Part shown: positions 5,919 through 6,675 of the stretch, piece after piece | Position numbering within the stretch: the stretch's first letter is position 1 | How the letters are laid out: each line of letters begins with the position of its first letter | NCBI RefSeq assembly: GCF_006345805.1 | Contig: NW_021829273.1 | Coordinates: forward strand, 1 to 6,675 | Length of the DNA stretch: 6,675 nt | Origin: Octopus sinensis | Taxonomy: Eukaryota | Direction: 5' to 3' | Notes under the pieces: model-generated | The model's input: the letters and a program-made list of their open reading frames with translations, nothing else | What the model was told of the DNA's origin: nothing | Database searches by the model: none | Made by a program: the position numbers and the translations under genes

Positions 5919-6383
5919 AACTATTAAACATACATGCTATATGTGTACGTGTGCGAGTCTACGTATGTATGTGTAAATGGACTACATTTTTTTGACTGCT
6001 CACTGTACATAATATTTTAGTTCGGCAGAACACTTTCACCTCATCTCCACCCCCACTTATATCACTATGTTTGGATGGGTGGAGTGCAGGAAAGTGGAGA
6101 AACGGAGTAAATCTGGCAGTTTCCTGTTTATTGTAAATATTATGTAATCTTTTGGTTTTTATTATTCAAACGACAACCAACTGCAATCAAAAGCAACCAA
6201 AAAAATTCTTCAGATGTTATGCCGTCTCTCATCGCAGAAACATGCAACATAATAGTGCTACATAACCTTTATAATGTTTCCATGCATTTTATGATCATAT
6301 TGGGGTTTGTAAGGTTACATTTGGGAAAGATAACGATATGAGTGTCAAGAGAACGTAACAGTATTGTGTTTAACCAGAACTGA

Positions 6384-6675
6384 GTGTGTATATACATAAT
6401 ATATACACATACATATATACATATATGTCTGTCTATCTGTCTATCTATTTATATCCATTTATTTATATATATATGTGTATGTATATATATAATGTATGCA
6501 TATAGATATATGTATATTTATATGTGTGTGTGTGTGTATATATGTATATATATAATATGCTTACATACACACAGCCACACATAAATATATTGTGTACGCA
6601 TATATATTTATGTATGTATATATATATATATATATGTATATATATACATATACATATATTTATGTATGTATAATA
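6384..6675. repeat. Impure (TA)n/(TATG)n/(GT)n low-complexity tract running to the window end
   Basis: Alternating purine-pyrimidine sequence dominated by TA, TATG and TCTA units. Confidence 0.9.

Noticed and set aside
4051-5995. Long ORFs (up to 321 aa) rich in His/Thr/Tyr or Val/Cys/Met on both strands
   Set aside because: They are translations of CA/TA/CATA repeats, which rarely produce stop codons. They are open in nearly all frames on both strands and show no domain content.

Overview
Eukaryotic, AT-rich, repeat-dense non-coding DNA. It is most likely intronic or intergenic sequence from an octopus (coleoid cephalopod), judged from recognising the SINE families and the extreme microsatellite load; this is not verified by a search. 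No intact protein-coding gene is supported. From left to right: (1) a full-length but decayed Tc1/mariner-superfamily DNA transposon of the DD37D (maT) family on the minus strand (182-1441), with degenerate TIRs and a TA target site that runs into (TA)21; (2) a short element anchored in a (TA)n tract (1916-2099) ending in a near-perfect 93-nt palindrome, whose minus strand carries a degenerate minimal type-I hammerhead-ribozyme-like motif, the architecture expected for a Penelope-like element pLTR with a 5' inversion; (3) five tRNA-derived SINE copies or fragments, namely a CORE-like SINE with an internal (CATA)n tract, a head-to-tail dimer bracketed by three copies of a 12-bp target sequence, and two minus-strand relatives sharing the dimer's core but with a different 3' tail; (4) about 2 kb of micro- and minisatellites, including a 16-nt minisatellite with higher-order structure. 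Almost all long ORFs in the supplied track come from simple repeats. The most interesting signal is the hammerhead-like motif inside the fold-back palindrome.
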